This document shows, one piece after another, positions 47,621-61,000 of a stretch of 64,000 nucleotides of DNA. The position numbers and the translations under genes were made by a program. The DNA lies in assembly GCA_973895155.1 (NCBI GenBank), contig OZ316896.1, positions 3,386,738-3,450,737 on the forward strand, written 5' to 3'. This DNA is from Marsupella aquatica. Taxonomy: Eukaryota > Plantae > Marchantiophyta. The notes below the pieces were generated by a model. It was given only the letters and a program-made list of their open reading frames with translations. It made no database searches and was not told the origin of the DNA. Positions within the stretch are counted from its first letter, which is position 1. Each line of letters starts with the position of its first letter.

Positions 47621-49484
47621 TCTCTTCATCACTATATTCATTAAAACTGAAATTATAAAGGATATAGGGAAATTTGGCGATTTAAAAACATAGTTTTAGG
47701 CATGAATATTGTAAATTTGGAAGATGAAAAATGAAAATTCAAGCATCATTAAATGTAAATTTGGGGACAAAAAAATGAAATTTTGGGAAAGTAAAATATT
47801 AAATTGGATGATATTAAAAAACATTTGGGTGATAAAAGTGTTCATTTGGTTGGAAAATAGATAGAATCTAGTAATAACATATAAGCTTGGATAGCATCTA
47901 TATTCAAAACATTTAGCTTGAGTAAGATATCTAACTAAGCACCAATACAATGGAATGACTATAGTGTCTAGACAAAGTTAACTAGGATGATATCCAACCT
48001 ACTAGAAGGAATGAAATGGCATCATTTTCTAGAATTAAAATATACTAAGACAAATAAAATAATAATTATAAGAAAGTCCATTCAATAGCTTTGAGAGATC
48101 ATAGAGTATTAATTTGATTGTCTTGTTCTCTCACTTTAGACCAACGCATGGAAATCAACTCGACCCTCTTAATCACAAGTCATTTGAGTGGAGACTTGTA
48201 ACCTACGAGTTCTATCAATCTACTCATCAATTATACCTTCCATGTAAATTTTGAGAGTTTTCAAAACATTCTTAGGAATTGTCAAACCTCTATCCATAAT
48301 ATTTTGTTCTTTAGCACCTGACTTAAACCCATACATTGAAGAATTTGCAAACTGCCAACTTTGAGTAACATTGTCAAACCCAGGATCCAGCTCCCAAGTC
48401 TTAGTGGTTTGAAAGCAACGTTCATATCGAACATCATCCTTTGCATCATGCTTACCATGTTTAGGCCTCCACCATTGTACTTGGAACATAGGAGCATTCC
48501 TAAGAGGAATGCTCTCAACAGACATTGAAGAAGACCCTTCAATATGTTGCAAATCTGTTGAGGGAACCTCATGGTTTGGATCCACACCACCCAAAGCTCG
48601 AACCAACCAGAAACGCCATTTTCCATTTTCCTGTTCCCATTCATCCTCTGGACGTAAAAATACAAAGTGACCTTCTTGAATATCTTGTAGAGGAATCCAA
48701 CGTGCAGGTTCTCGCTCTTGTCGTGCACCAACAAAGGGTGCAGCTTGATCTTCCATCTCTTCCATGTACTCATTTTGAAGGTCCATCATCTCTGGATTTT
48801 GAGAAGGTTCACTTGACGGTTGAGATGTCCCCAAAATCATCTTGTAACCTATGCCATGGTTAGTCTTTGGCCAAAAATTAGTTGTCAATGGCAAATGTCT
48901 TTCCCCCTCCCCTTCTATTGTAAGTTCCTCGGACAGTGCTTGCACAAGATTCTCCCAATATTTGACCAGAGGAAATCTCTCTTTATATGCTGCAGAGGTC
49001 TCATCCTTACAACTTTTCTTCAAGAAATCAATATAGCGATTAAGGAATGGGATGATTTCTCCAGCCTTCTTTTGTACATCCCCAGATATAGGTTTTGCAA
49101 ATGGTTGGCCTTCCGGTAAAATGAGCGCATTTGTGATGGGATTAGTTCTCCAAATGGACCTCCCCATTGTCGGAAGCCAAGGTTGCTTGACATGTGCTTT
49201 ATATTGATACACTGGCACATTATCCCTCATGGAGAAAAGAAATGCCACTGGTTTTGAGTGACCTTCTATCTCTTTCACCTGGAAAGTTTTCAAATACTCC
49301 TTGTAAGATGCAACCTCTTGAATCAATCGTGGTACAGGATGAATGCTTTCACACTCCCAAACCTCAGCCATCAACCCCAAGAGGGAAGCAACCTCTTTGT
49401 ATCTGACCTGTTTGGATACTTGAGAAAATAATGCATCCACGTCTTCATGGGTGTGGCCAACCATGAGGAATGACATTTGCACAG

Positions 49485-51529
49485 TGTAGTATTGCACTAA
49501 GGACATAAATCAACATTTAATGTCCAAAACTCGGTATTCGATCCCATGGAAGAACAAGAAAGGAATGATTTTTTATCATTTAACACTTATGAATGATTAA
49601 GGTAACAAAAACACAGGTTTGAGCCTTTTACTATGATTGCCCAGCAAGGCATAGATTTGAATGTTTGCTTAACATTGTAAATGCAATTAATAAAATGGAA
49701 ACAAATAACAAAACACAATGAAATCTTGAGGTATGATGAGGGAGTCTGGAAAACACCAAGGTAACTTCTCATCAATACTTCATTTGATGTGATTTGGGTG
49801 GTATATCCGTAAGAACATTTTTGGAATGGATTACTGTACTAGGATGATTACTAAAATGCCGTCAACACGTCTCAACTTTTCCTTCCAAAGGTACTCAGAA
49901 GAAACTAGTAATCAATCACTTCGATATCCAGTCGGTACTCTGAGTCACGAATAATAAACACCATCATGATCAAATTGAAGTCACAGGTAATTGGTGAGTA
50001 ACAATCTTTGCATCCGTGCACAAGCAATGTCACGCCAAAAATTATGCATCAAGAACTCAAGAAGATGGGTTGTCACCACTTAAGGAATCTATTCCCTCAT
50101 ACTTCTGAGATTCAACTTCATACAAGTAATTTTACTTCAATGATCTAAACTCTCAATCATTCAGACCAAGGAAGGGAGAAGAATTCCTTTGTATTTGCAA
50201 GCTCCATACCATACGAAAACACACGGAAGCTTTGCAAAGGTGATTACAGTACTGCAGCACATGCCACAGGCACTACTTTATTTCTTCACACTTGAAAATG
50301 ACACAAATTCTACTTCATATAGGCTAGCAAGAACCCAAGGAGACTGAGATACTGAAAGGATATGCCCTTTCATATCTAAAGGGTCTTGAATAAACTTAAT
50401 GACGGTCATCCTTGAAAAGTGAATGGACACTGCTGAAAGTGTCGAAAATGCAGGGGACGCTTCAGAAAGCGTCGAGGTTTGAGCGGACGCTTTGCAAAGC
50501 GTCGGTGTTTGCGGTAAAACTAATAAACAGTGATTTTAATCTAATTTTAACTTCTAAACTAAGAGTTGGAATGAGTTGAAACTTTTCTAGGGTACTCTAC
50601 TACATATAGTCTATATGCTGGCAAAGTTTCAGACTTTTCTGAGACTTCTAAGTGCCTCAAATAAATCGGTAAAAGTGGCGCGGTGTTATAAAAGTGCGAA
50701 AACTGAAAAATTTTCTAAGTGTCGGGAACATAGTGGACGCTTCAGAAAGCGTCCAAAACTACAAATGACTTTTATGGACGCTTCAGAAAGCGTCGGCTGA
50801 ATTTTGAGGTTTTGGTCGCAGCGTCCATTTTCTGGGCTCCGGGCGGGACGCTTCAGTGGGCGTCACAGTGTCGAGGTCACCTTCGGGGTAGCAGACGCTT
50901 CTGTGGGCGTCGCTCCTCATGTGGATTGCAGAGCGTCAGAGTACAACTGGTTGGGTGGTGGACGCTTCAGAAAGCGTCGTGGTCTTTGGGTGGACGCTTC
51001 TCAAAGCGTCCAAAAATACAAAGGACTTTTCTCAAAGCGTCGGCGAAGTCGCGGCTATGTAAAAAAATAGCTAAACTAAAATAATTTTAACTTTCAAACC
51101 ACATGTCGGTTTGAGATGAAACTTTCAAGGATGATTCTACTACGTAACTACTAATGCCTGAAAAATTATGAGACTTTTCTGACCACTTTAGCTATTTAAC
51201 TAAAATAGCAAAGATCGGTTGATTGTGATAATTGCATAGAGAGCTCATTCTTGCTGAAGAAGTGTTTTGGAGTCCGGTTCTTGAATCTTCTAGTCTGCAT
51301 TGCTTCTCCAATGATGTCCAGTCTTCTTTCTTGGTAGCATGTAAAGAGCAAGGATTTATATTGGCGATCCTTGTCCAATATAGGCAATAGCCTCCGATGA
51401 AGCATAACATTAGGTAAAGTGTTCGGTTGATCTAAATTGCTACAAAAGGTAACTAGATTGTACCTTGAGTTAGAAAAAGTTTAAAATTTATAAAATTTCC
51501 ATCATTTCTAACTAATGTACAGCATTACA
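49485..51529. mobile_element. Solo LTR (2045 bp) inserted in the transposase
   Basis: TGTAGTATTGCAC...GTACAGCATTACA, flanked by TSD CACAG (49480-49484, 51530-51534); removing it with one TSD restores the frame exactly. Confidence 0.92.
50455..51042. repeat. Dispersed palindromic motif GACGCTT(CAGA)AAGCGTC, about 8-10 copies inside the solo LTR
   Basis: Copies near 50456, 50486, 50737, 50777, 50847, 50894, 50961 and 50993. Confidence 0.85.
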
Positions 51530-53730
51530 CACAGTTTCAAACACCCCCCTGCTAACAAGCTCAGTGCAAAATGCCATCACATATTGATTTTTGTTATCTT
51601 TCCCTGAATTGTCCATCTGCAACGTTAGGTGCCTTGGTAAGGGCTTGAAAGAGCCCCTAGTAGTCTCAGGATCATCCTTAGAACCAACATCCACTGTGCT
51701 TGACTTTTTAGTCTCCTGACCATCTTCAATGCCTTGAAATCGAACAATTGAAACATTTTTGGGTTCCAAGTAACCGGCCAGAAATGCTTCAAAGTCTAGA
51801 AGGGACTGAAATATTGGCCTAGTTGCATTCCAATTCAATCCCTCAAGAAGGTCTCCAGTTTTGTCTCCTGTGTAATCGTCCAAATCTCGGAGGCATTTGG
51901 CCAAAGATGTCACGGTAAAGTCTGCATCTCCAGGCCAAAGTCCAGTCAAACTGAAATGTGCATACACTCCAGGATCTCTTCCATGGGTTAACATCCCAGT
52001 AAGAGCAATAGGCAAAGGCTGACCACTACCAGAGAGGGATTTTGGAGTGGGGACCAACCTGGGGATCCAAGTCTTGGCTTGATCCATCTTATCGTGAATA
52101 ATGCAAAGATAGTTTTGAGGATCCTTCTTTGCAAGAACCCTATGAGCATAGTAAACATATCTTCTTGACATTTGTTCACGAAGATGTCGCGCTCTTTTCT
52201 CTTCAATCTCTGCACGCTCTTTTTTTCTCTTCTCCCGCATCAATTGATCTTTGAACTCAGTGCAAAATGTGCACTTGGCAAATGCACTTCCCTTGTGAAA
52301 GTCAAAATTATCAAATGAGTTTTTCCAGATGTTGTACATAGTAACTTCAGTAACCTTAGCAAACCCATCTAATTCCATCTTGGTAAACACCTCTTGGAAA
52401 ATCTCCTTCTTAGTAAAACAAGATGGGAGCCGATATTCAATAGTGTCAGTGCCGTTGGACCCACCATAGGGAAGATGTGGCATTGGTTCCCCATTTTGGA
52501 TTAAAATGGACTCCAACAAGGCGCGAGCGTGCAAAGTGCTTGATCGTGTCTTCCGTTGTCCCTGATTTCCATGGAAACCAATTGTGCAACCAGCTTCGTA
52601 TTGATTTTTGTAGTCATAGTACTTTGTTGTACTGAACCCATGCATTTTAATAAATGCATCTTTACAAACCACACGTCCCTTTAGAACAAAAAATCCCTTT
52701 CTCTTGACTTGCTCCTCTCTACACCCAAAGAGACTAAAGATGTGACTTGTTTTGTTGTCACTTGACATTCCATGGTATTTCCTCCTCATTGCCTCTAAGT
52801 CCTCCCTGGGCATGTTCAAGCAACACTTCAGCTTGCAACAACCTTCTCTTTGGATGAAATCAATGGACTCCTCGTTAATTTTCAAAAGTGCCCTCGACTC
52901 CAAATGCCTTTTCTTCCTCTCCTCAAGATCAACTTTTGTCCTCCTAATGAAATTGTATGGTCTTTTTGTAGGTTTACCATCACCATCCGAATCCGGATCG
53001 CCCTTAGTTCGACCCGACTCCATCCACTTCTCTGAAACTTCCTCAAGGATATCCCCAAGAAACCTTTGAGATGAAATCAATAGAAGGGATTTGATTTCCC
53101 ACCTCACCAAGCCAGGGGTACCAACACGGATATTTGGAAATAATCCGGGTTCATTGATATTCACAACAGCAACACCAACATGATCTGCACCAAGAAGTTC
53201 ATCGTCAACGGCACCTGTTTCAAATGGGACCGTGATAACACTTGTTGCAACCTTTCGACAACGAGAAGCGTCATACAAATCAACCTCCTCCGCCATCCAG
53301 TTGGAACGTAGTGTAAAATCTTTTAATGGAAGATCATTGAAAATATTTGAACTACCAAACACGCCAAAATCTCGAAGAGTGCCCTTTCTAGAAACATGCG
53401 CAACATCCCAGATAACCCAGGTATGCAAGGCCTCTGCTATTGTATCAGCTCCAGGGTGCGAGTATGGCAATTTTTGATTTCCCTTAACAATATCAGATAT
53501 TCTTATACTGATGCGACCAACCCCGAGTGTTTCAATATGACAAATATCCATCGGATTTGTCTTGAAAACAACTCCATTTGCAACCAACTGATCAAAAATG
53601 AACATCTGAACTTCATCTCCTTCCTTGAACACGTCCTCTTCAACCCTTGCATCAATTTTGGATTTATCATTTCCAACATCTCCAGCCAAAGAGAAATCAT
53701 CGACATTGTGTGACGCCGATGACATGGTCC

Positions 53731-56066
53731 TTATTCAATAATACAATGGAATTGGTATGCTATGCACAGTAAGTAACTGTGAGACTATAGAAGGATCAAC
53801 GAGATGGCAAGAATAAGGGCAATCATATGTCGCGGGTGGTCGGCGACCGTATCTCTTTCAATGTGTCGCCAAATCCGGATCTATAAAGAGCATTGGAAAG
53901 ATCTGGTCAAGGCGAGTAAAATTGATATAAAACACTCAGGAAACGGAGGTGTATTAAGAAAGATACGGCCTGGTTAGTGTGTCAGGTTAACTTGTGGCCG
54001 GAATTAGCGGGTTTGGCTTTGGTTTTGGGTTAACCTAGGCTTGGCCACGGCTTAGCTTGGGTCAGCTCGGCTTCAGCTTAGGCTTAGCCCAAGTTTGGGT
54101 TAGCCTGACCTCGGGCCCGGGTTAGGATAGGTCAGCTCAGGTTTGGGCTCAGACTAGCAGACTAGCGGCTAGCAGACTAGCAGACTAGCGGCTAGCAGAC
54201 TAGCGGCTCGCAGACTAGCGGCTCCCAGACTAGCGGCTAGCAGACTAGCAGACTAGCGGCTCGCAGACTAGCGGCTCGCAGACTAGCAGACTAGCGGATA
54301 GCAGACTAGCGGACTAGCAAATTAGCCAGAGGCCACGGGTTAGCTCTACTCGGGCTAGATAGGATAGCTTGGTTAGCCAAACTCGGGTTAGCTATGTAAC
54401 TCGGGTTAGCGCAATAGTGCGTACCCCCTCTCGGTTGCGGGGGCATAACTTTCTCTGTATTTGCCCAAATCGGCTATAATTGACCTCATTGGAAAGAGGA
54501 GCTCAAGCCGCTTCCAACTCTGCTACCCACGCAGCAAATGGTTGAATAGAGAAATCGGGAGAGGAGGCGCAAGCTCGCGAAAACCATGGAGGAGGGCCAA
54601 ATCCGAAGTACATAGTCAGTTTGAGATAGAAATAAAGTTGCGAGTTAGGGTTTAGTAGTTAGATATAGTGGCGGCTCTGTTAGGGCTAGGATGGGGTGCC
54701 AACAACGTAGCATCCACCCATTTGGGCTTAGTGTGAGAGTATATAGGGTAGCCCCCCGGTAGAGGTAGGGGGGGACTTCAGTTGTGTGATCTCACGTAGA
54801 CTGAGCATCAGGGAGGAGCTCTGTGCAAGCAAGGCTGGACTTGGACGTCGTGTGTTGGGGAGAGCTAGGTTGTGCTATTACTCAGGGAGTAATCAGCCAA
54901 GCTTCACAGCAACGGTTTGCCAGGTTTGCGAGCTGGATTGTGGCTCTTTCTAGTGGGCAGCACAATTGGGTTCTTTTCCCCCGATACATAGCCTTGGTGA
55001 TAGGCGACATATTGGTGATTGTAAACTGTGGGGAGGATTTTGATTGCATTTACGATGAGCACAGTAGGGAGGCTGAGACACTGATCGAGGTGCAGCAGGA
55101 GGAGCATTTACAGTTCAGTTTGGCAAGGCTACGTGATCCATGGGGAGTCCCGGCCTTTGTCTGGTAGAGAGCACTAAGGGATTTATGGCCAGAGCTGAGC
55201 TTGCAGGGCAAGCATGAGGCCGGGCCTCATTGCAGTCTGGGGTAGATCGCCGTTAGGCCTGGTACCAGCTTTGAAGTCGAGTCAACTATGCATGCGTAAC
55301 TTGACATTCTGAAATGGAGGTGTGAGATCTGTATGTGCCCCCAAGAATGAAGTGCAGTGAAGGAGGTTGAGTTCAGGATTGAGTTTGCAAGGCAAGTACG
55401 GGATTGGTTCGAGTCCAATCTGCCGTCGCAATCTGGAGTGAGCCAGGCTTAGGTTCAGGATTGAGCTTGCATGGCAAGCACGGGGCTTGCGGGGCAAGCA
55501 CGTCGCAATCTGGAGTAGACAACCTTTGGGACTATTGTTCGAATCAAGTGTTCTCAGTGAACTATTGTGCACATCGTTGAAACTAATTGAGTTTTCCTCT
55601 CAGGCCTCATTTCTCTCATGGATGTGTGTGTGTGTGAGACAATCTGAGTGTATGATGGGACTAGCGGCGCCACTGAGAGGTGTACCGGGTGCATTGAAGT
55701 GGGTTGGGTGAGGGCTGTCATAACTCTGATTGCTGGGAGTGGAATGGCAGAGTGGTGGGGCAATGGCTTAGAAGTCCCTAAGCCGGGAATCAGTCAGAGT
55801 CACTAGTTTATGGGTACATTCCGGCGGCGGAATAGAAACATACCTATGGCAGTAAGCATACGTATAGACATATGCGCACCGTAGCGCTAGGCCCTGTGTG
55901 TACGGGCCCGACATGAAGACCCCCTTCTCACCAGAACTATCATGAGTGCAAGAGCTGATTCCCAACCTTGGTCCTTGGGGATTGAGCTTGGGTGATGTGT
56001 GACAGAGTCTTGCTATGATAGTCTGGCGTTAAGGGGATAAACCGGTGTATACCAGCCTTCACAACA
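53731..56066 (+). mobile_element. Truncated LTR retrotransposon remnant: short internal 3' piece plus LTR 53950-56066
   Basis: PPT-like AGGAAACGGAGG then TGTATT...CACAACA; right flank TCCCT, left flank TCC(T). Joining the flanks restores gacatggtccctccgtg and the transposase frame. Confidence 0.7.
54151..54320. repeat. AGACTAGC / GGCTAGC 7-8-bp tandem array
   Basis: About 20 alternating units inside the LTR remnant. Confidence 0.9.
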
Positions 56067-56572
56067 TCCCTCCGTGATCCTCAGGTACAAGGAGATAGTT
56101 TTGGCACCCAATAGTGACAGCTTTGGTGTCAAGACCCAATGTCAACCGCTTGACACATTGATTCTTCGGCGCTGAGTTGATGACCTCAAGTATGCCAATG
56201 CACAATCCCAAATCACGCAGGAGTCAATTGCCTCAGCCAATGTAGAAAATTTGGGCAAAGGAAATGGAAGTTGACGCGATCCATCAAAACACTTTTCGAT
56301 CAATACCCCAATTCGATTGTCCCCTAGACAAATGTTCTGTATAGTATCCTGGGGGTCAACCTTTTGAACTATCCCAATTGCCGTTTCAAATCCATCGATC
56401 ACCAATGACACTTCATCCCCTCGTGTAAAATTGATCATGATAGCGGACTATCTGTATTCAAATAAAGTTAGAAATTGTTAAGTTCCCCATGTTACAATCA
56501 TGTTTCAAAATCTGGACTCTCCTCCAAAAAATATTGTAAAATCACTCAAAACCCTAAATATATTCAAGTCAT

Positions 56573-56895
56573 GTCGGAATTATTTCGACCCTCCTCCAAC
56601 ATTATGTCTTGAAATGATTGAATTGACTAAACATTTACAAGTCGGGTCGGAATTATTTCGACCCTCCTCCAACAATATGTCTTGAAATGATTGAATTGAC
56701 TAAACATTTACAAGTTGGGTCGGAATTATTTCGACCCTCCTCCAACAATATGTCTTAAAATGATTGAATTGACTAAACATTTACAAGTCGGGTCGGAATT
56801 ATTTCGACCCTCCTCCAACAATATGTCTTAAAATGATTTAATTGACTAAACATTGATAAGTTGGGTCGGAATTATTTCGACCCTACTCCAACTAT
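56573..56895. repeat. 73-bp tandem repeat, ~4.5 copies, upstream of the transposase
   Basis: gtcgggtcggaattatttcgaccctcctccaacaatatgtctt.aaatgattgaattgactaaacatttacaa; inverted core aataattccgaccc at ~56998-57011. Confidence 0.92.
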
Positions 56896-58055
56896 TAAGT
56901 TGAAATTATGTCAAAACTATTTGTGAAACTATCTTGCTTATGCTTTTATATACCAATTTAAAATGCTAGTTAAGATGACATAGTCAGGTCGGCACAAAAT
57001 AATTCCGACCCACTTCTAGAAACTATGTTAGTAATCACATAAAGGGGTACAGTAAGTTCTACACATGCTAGACTGTGGATAAAGGTCTAGAATGAGTAAA
57101 ATATATGATCTAGAACCTAATGTGTAAATCTTAATCTAGGTTTGGCTTAAAGGTATTGAATTAGATGTAGTTGAGCTAGTACTTCTAAGATAAATAAATA
57201 AAAACACTAACCTGCTCCGCAATATATCTCTGTCCACCCTTGTACAAGCTAAATGGGTACCTTGGATGCCAGCATTGTAACTCTTAGCACCACAGTGCTC
57301 ACCAGTGCCCTTACTAAACCTTGCATTCAACCATGCGGACCTAAACAAGGCACTCGGACAGAGGAGAGTCAGTGATCGTACCAATCACTATCTAAATGAC
57401 AATGAACCAAAAAATGGATTGTGGGAGGTCTATACTCAGTTTGAGAGGCAAAAAGCCCACATATTACCCAGCACACGAGTGGACACCAACAGATCGGGCA
57501 CGGGTGGATGAGGCACGCACCCAGCACACAAGTAGACATCGGATAGGGTGTCAGCCAATCACTCACGAGTGATAGGTGAGTTGCAAGCACACACCGCTGA
57601 CAGCTCGGAAGTTTAAAATTGGTAGGTGAGTCGCGAGTGGTCGTGAGTGGTCACACCATCGGTGACTCACGATCACATGCACCGAGGAGGGTCTCCATCA
57701 TTGGCGCGCATTGATGCCTCCGTACCCTCTTGGATCCTTGCCTCCTCGGACTCCTCGCTCGCAGGGGGTATAGGAAGGCAGGCCTTGCGCTTGAGGCCTC
57801 ATTTCCTTGCCTCCCTCTTGCCTCCTCTCTCGTCTCCTCACTCCTTGCCTCCCTCTTGCCTCGCTCTAGGGCTTTTGTTTTTGCCTCGCTCTTGGGATTT
57901 GTTTTCTGCCTCGCTCTAAGGCTTTTATTTCCGCCTTGCTCCCTTCCCTTTTGGGTCGCTCCCTCGATCATTGTTTGCCTGTTAGTGCCCTCTTGCAGCC
58001 TGTGGCATTCTCCATTGCTGCCATGTGTCATCTTAAATCTCACTCGCCCCTTACA

Positions 58056-61000
58056 ATGTCTACTTCCTCCAGTTCTGAAGCTTCCACCACCTCCGCCAGT
58101 TCTCAAGAGTCATTGAACTTCAATTATAACTCTCTGTATGAATATGACCGTGAAGACCCGGATGTCCAAAAATTGGTTAACAATGCGTTGGAGGCGTCAA
58201 AGAAAGCCCAGTTAACTTTTCCACGTAAGGCACCACCTGCTTCAACTTCTTGCCTCGCCCTTAGGGCGAGGCAACTTTACTTTAATTTGGATTTCAAACT
58301 TCTTATTAGGAAAATTTCTATATTCCTTTGCAGTCGCCTCGCCCCAAGGTCGAGGCGACGTCTACTTCATTCTAGATTTCTTGTTGCTCCGAAGGCGTAT
58401 TGGACCTTCTATCTTACATTAATAAAGGATCTTTAGCTATATTCTATTTTTTGCCTCGCTCTTGGGGCGAGGCGATGTTGTTTGCATTCCTCAAATGTAG
58501 TCTGCATTCCCAGAAGTTGCCTCGCCCTTGGGGCGAGGCGATGTTATCTGCATTCCTAAATGTTGTCTGCATTCCCAGAAGTTGCCTCGCCCTTGGGGCG
58601 AGGCGATGTCCTCTACATTCCTAAATGTTGTCTGCTTTCCCAGAAGTTGCCTCGCCCTTGGGGCGAGGCGATGTCCTCTGCATTCCTAAATGTTGTCTGC
58701 ATTCCTAAATGTTGTTTGCTTTCCTAGAAGTTGCCTCGCCCCAAGGGCGAGGCGATGTCGTCTGCATTCCTAAATAATGTTTGATTGCTTGGATGAGGTG
58801 GCAGGGCTAATTGCACTAGGAGCAAAGAAGATTTTGCAATCTTCTATTTGTCGCCTCGCCCCAAGGGCGAGGCACCTTGAAAGTTTTCCACATGTCAATG
58901 TTAAAAATATGATGCTGACCATTTTGTTTTCAATGTTTCTTACCAGGAAAAAATCTTGAGAAGCCGGAGTTAAATATTATGGACGAGGATATCAAGGACT
59001 TTGTTTTCCCTGACCAAGATACTCCAGGATTTAGATGGGCACTAGAAGTTGGGGTGTCGGCGGAAGGCAGTCTCTTGATTTGTTTCAAGGGCCTCACAAG
59101 TCAATTGAATGACCGCAAGACAATTGTTACTCTAGGTCCAGTCGTCCTTGTGAACACGGACAACAACCGCAATGCAACGATTATTGTTGAGTCCAATGAG
59201 AAATCTCAATGGATGAGACTTCTAGTGCCAATAAAACTCTACTCGACTTTACTGAATGTTGAGTGGATGGCTCGATTGGAGATAAGCGTAGCTGATATGG
59301 GATTCTTCCCAGATGGAGTAACAATTGATCAGATGTTTGAGAAGACGCGTTCTCAAATAAGTGGAGTTGACCTAGTGTTTGGATTTCTCTACGTAAAGAA
59401 GCACATGCATGACAATGCGGACAGTGTGGACCCTTCGTCTACTTGGATAGTTCAAAGGATGATTGATAAGGCACATTTTTCATACGAGCAAGCAATCGAC
59501 AAGAGTTTCATTTTTTGTCCAGAGTTTCAAGAGGCCGCGTGCCGGACGTGGATTTCAGAGATGAAGAAAAAAGAAGCAAAGCATAAGGCAAAGGAGAGAA
59601 AGAAGACAGTGGAAAGAAGTGCGCAATCAAAGACAGAGAAGAAACGAAAGCTTCAAGAGCCGGTTGTTCAACAAGAGAAACAATCTGGGAGTTCACGCCG
59701 TAAGAAGATGGCTAAAAAAAATGAAGATGATGAGGGCCCCCAAAAAAAGCAGACAAAGAAGGCAAAGGTTGCGAAATCAAAACCAATGTCAGGGTTGACT
59801 TCAAACTTTGTCTTGCATCCAGAGGATGATATGTGTCCGACAGAAGGACCCAAAGAAGATGATGTGCTCAAAGGCCAAGAGGTTTTGCGTAATATTGAGC
59901 AGTATTATACTTTTGGCATCCGCGAAGTTTTTGATATTCCTGTAAAAAGTATTAATCCTCCATTGGCCGTTTTTGTATATCGAATGTTCAATCTTTCGCA
60001 TGCAATGGAGATATCAAAGTCTATGATGAAAAACCCTGGACAGGAACCACAAGTTGCTGATTTGATTCCGTATCGTGAGAGCACTAAACAGTTGCTTCAT
60101 TATGACAACACACCTCAGGATAGGAAAGAGTTTTTGATTGGTGTGAGGAAGCATGAGATCCAATTCCTTGCCATCAGTGGCCAGCATTCTGCAAGAGCTG
60201 CCCAATGGATCCAAGGGTGGGCCGAGACTGACGCCAAGCTGACAGATCTTGCCAACAAACTAAAGTATAGGAAAGCAAGGATCCTATCTGACCTCACTCC
60301 GAAGACAATTTTGGTTGAGCATTCAAGTTTATCGAATGCTGTCAATGATACTATGCAATTTAAGTCTTGTTTTTTAGAGACTATTGTTCATGCACGAAGG
60401 CAGTTTGAGGAGTGCGAGAAACCGCCGCGTCCAGGGATTGGGACCAATCAAAATACAAACAGGAAAAACTATCAGGTACATGTTGGAGCAACGCAAACTA
60501 TTCTTGATCCGCTTTGTTTAAAGATTGTCAATGGTAGAGGTTTGCCTCGCCCCAAGGGCGAGGCTGCCTTTTCTTGTTTTCCTTGGTTAGAAGATTAAAG
60601 CAAATGTTTGCCTCGCCCTCAGGGCGAGGCAACCTAGACTAGTCTCTCTAAGAATAATTCCCTAGTTCCGTTTCAGTCAATTGCGGTTAGATGTAGAGGT
60701 TCGCCACGCCCTTGGGGCGAGGTGGCTTAGCCTGTTTCAAACATAGGTATAAATTTTCTAACATATGCATTGTACCCTGAAACTAATGTCAAGTCCATTG
60801 GATATGCAGGATTGGTTTGCCCTGGCAAAGGTTACAATGGGGAAGTCAAGCCTAAAGAGCATTTATTGGTTACTTTTTGCCGAAGATGAGCTCTTTGAAT
60901 TATGGCGGAACGTGTGTGCAAAATGGTTGAGTGGGAAGCTCCAAGACGGGGCTGGTGGGTATGGAGGGCCAAGACCCCCAAAATTGATCACTCCCGATAC

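Larger units (their letters stand above)
48220..56438 (-). pseudogene. Sola/DUF7869-like DDD transposase interrupted by two LTR-derived insertions
   Basis: CTFC, IIHDKMDQ, LQMDNSGKDNKN, and ETV|QMSFLMVGHTHEDVDALFS rejoined after removing 49485-51529. Pieces 53725-51530 and 49479-48220 give 1151 uninterrupted codons; the 5' part continues at 56067-56438. Confidence 0.85.

Noticed and set aside
53944-56075. ACGGAGG...CCTCCGT as terminal inverted repeats of a DNA element
   Set aside because: The right-hand motif is transposase coding sequence and the left is better explained as a PPT; the 7-bp match is probably coincidental.
56573-56895. Regular repeats resembling a CRISPR array
   Set aside because: The would-be spacers are identical, so it is a plain 73-bp tandem repeat; eukaryotic context and no cas genes.
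58450-58780. Palindromic repeat-spacer pattern resembling CRISPR
   Set aside because: Intervening sequences are near-identical 65-bp tandem units inside a spliceosomal intron.
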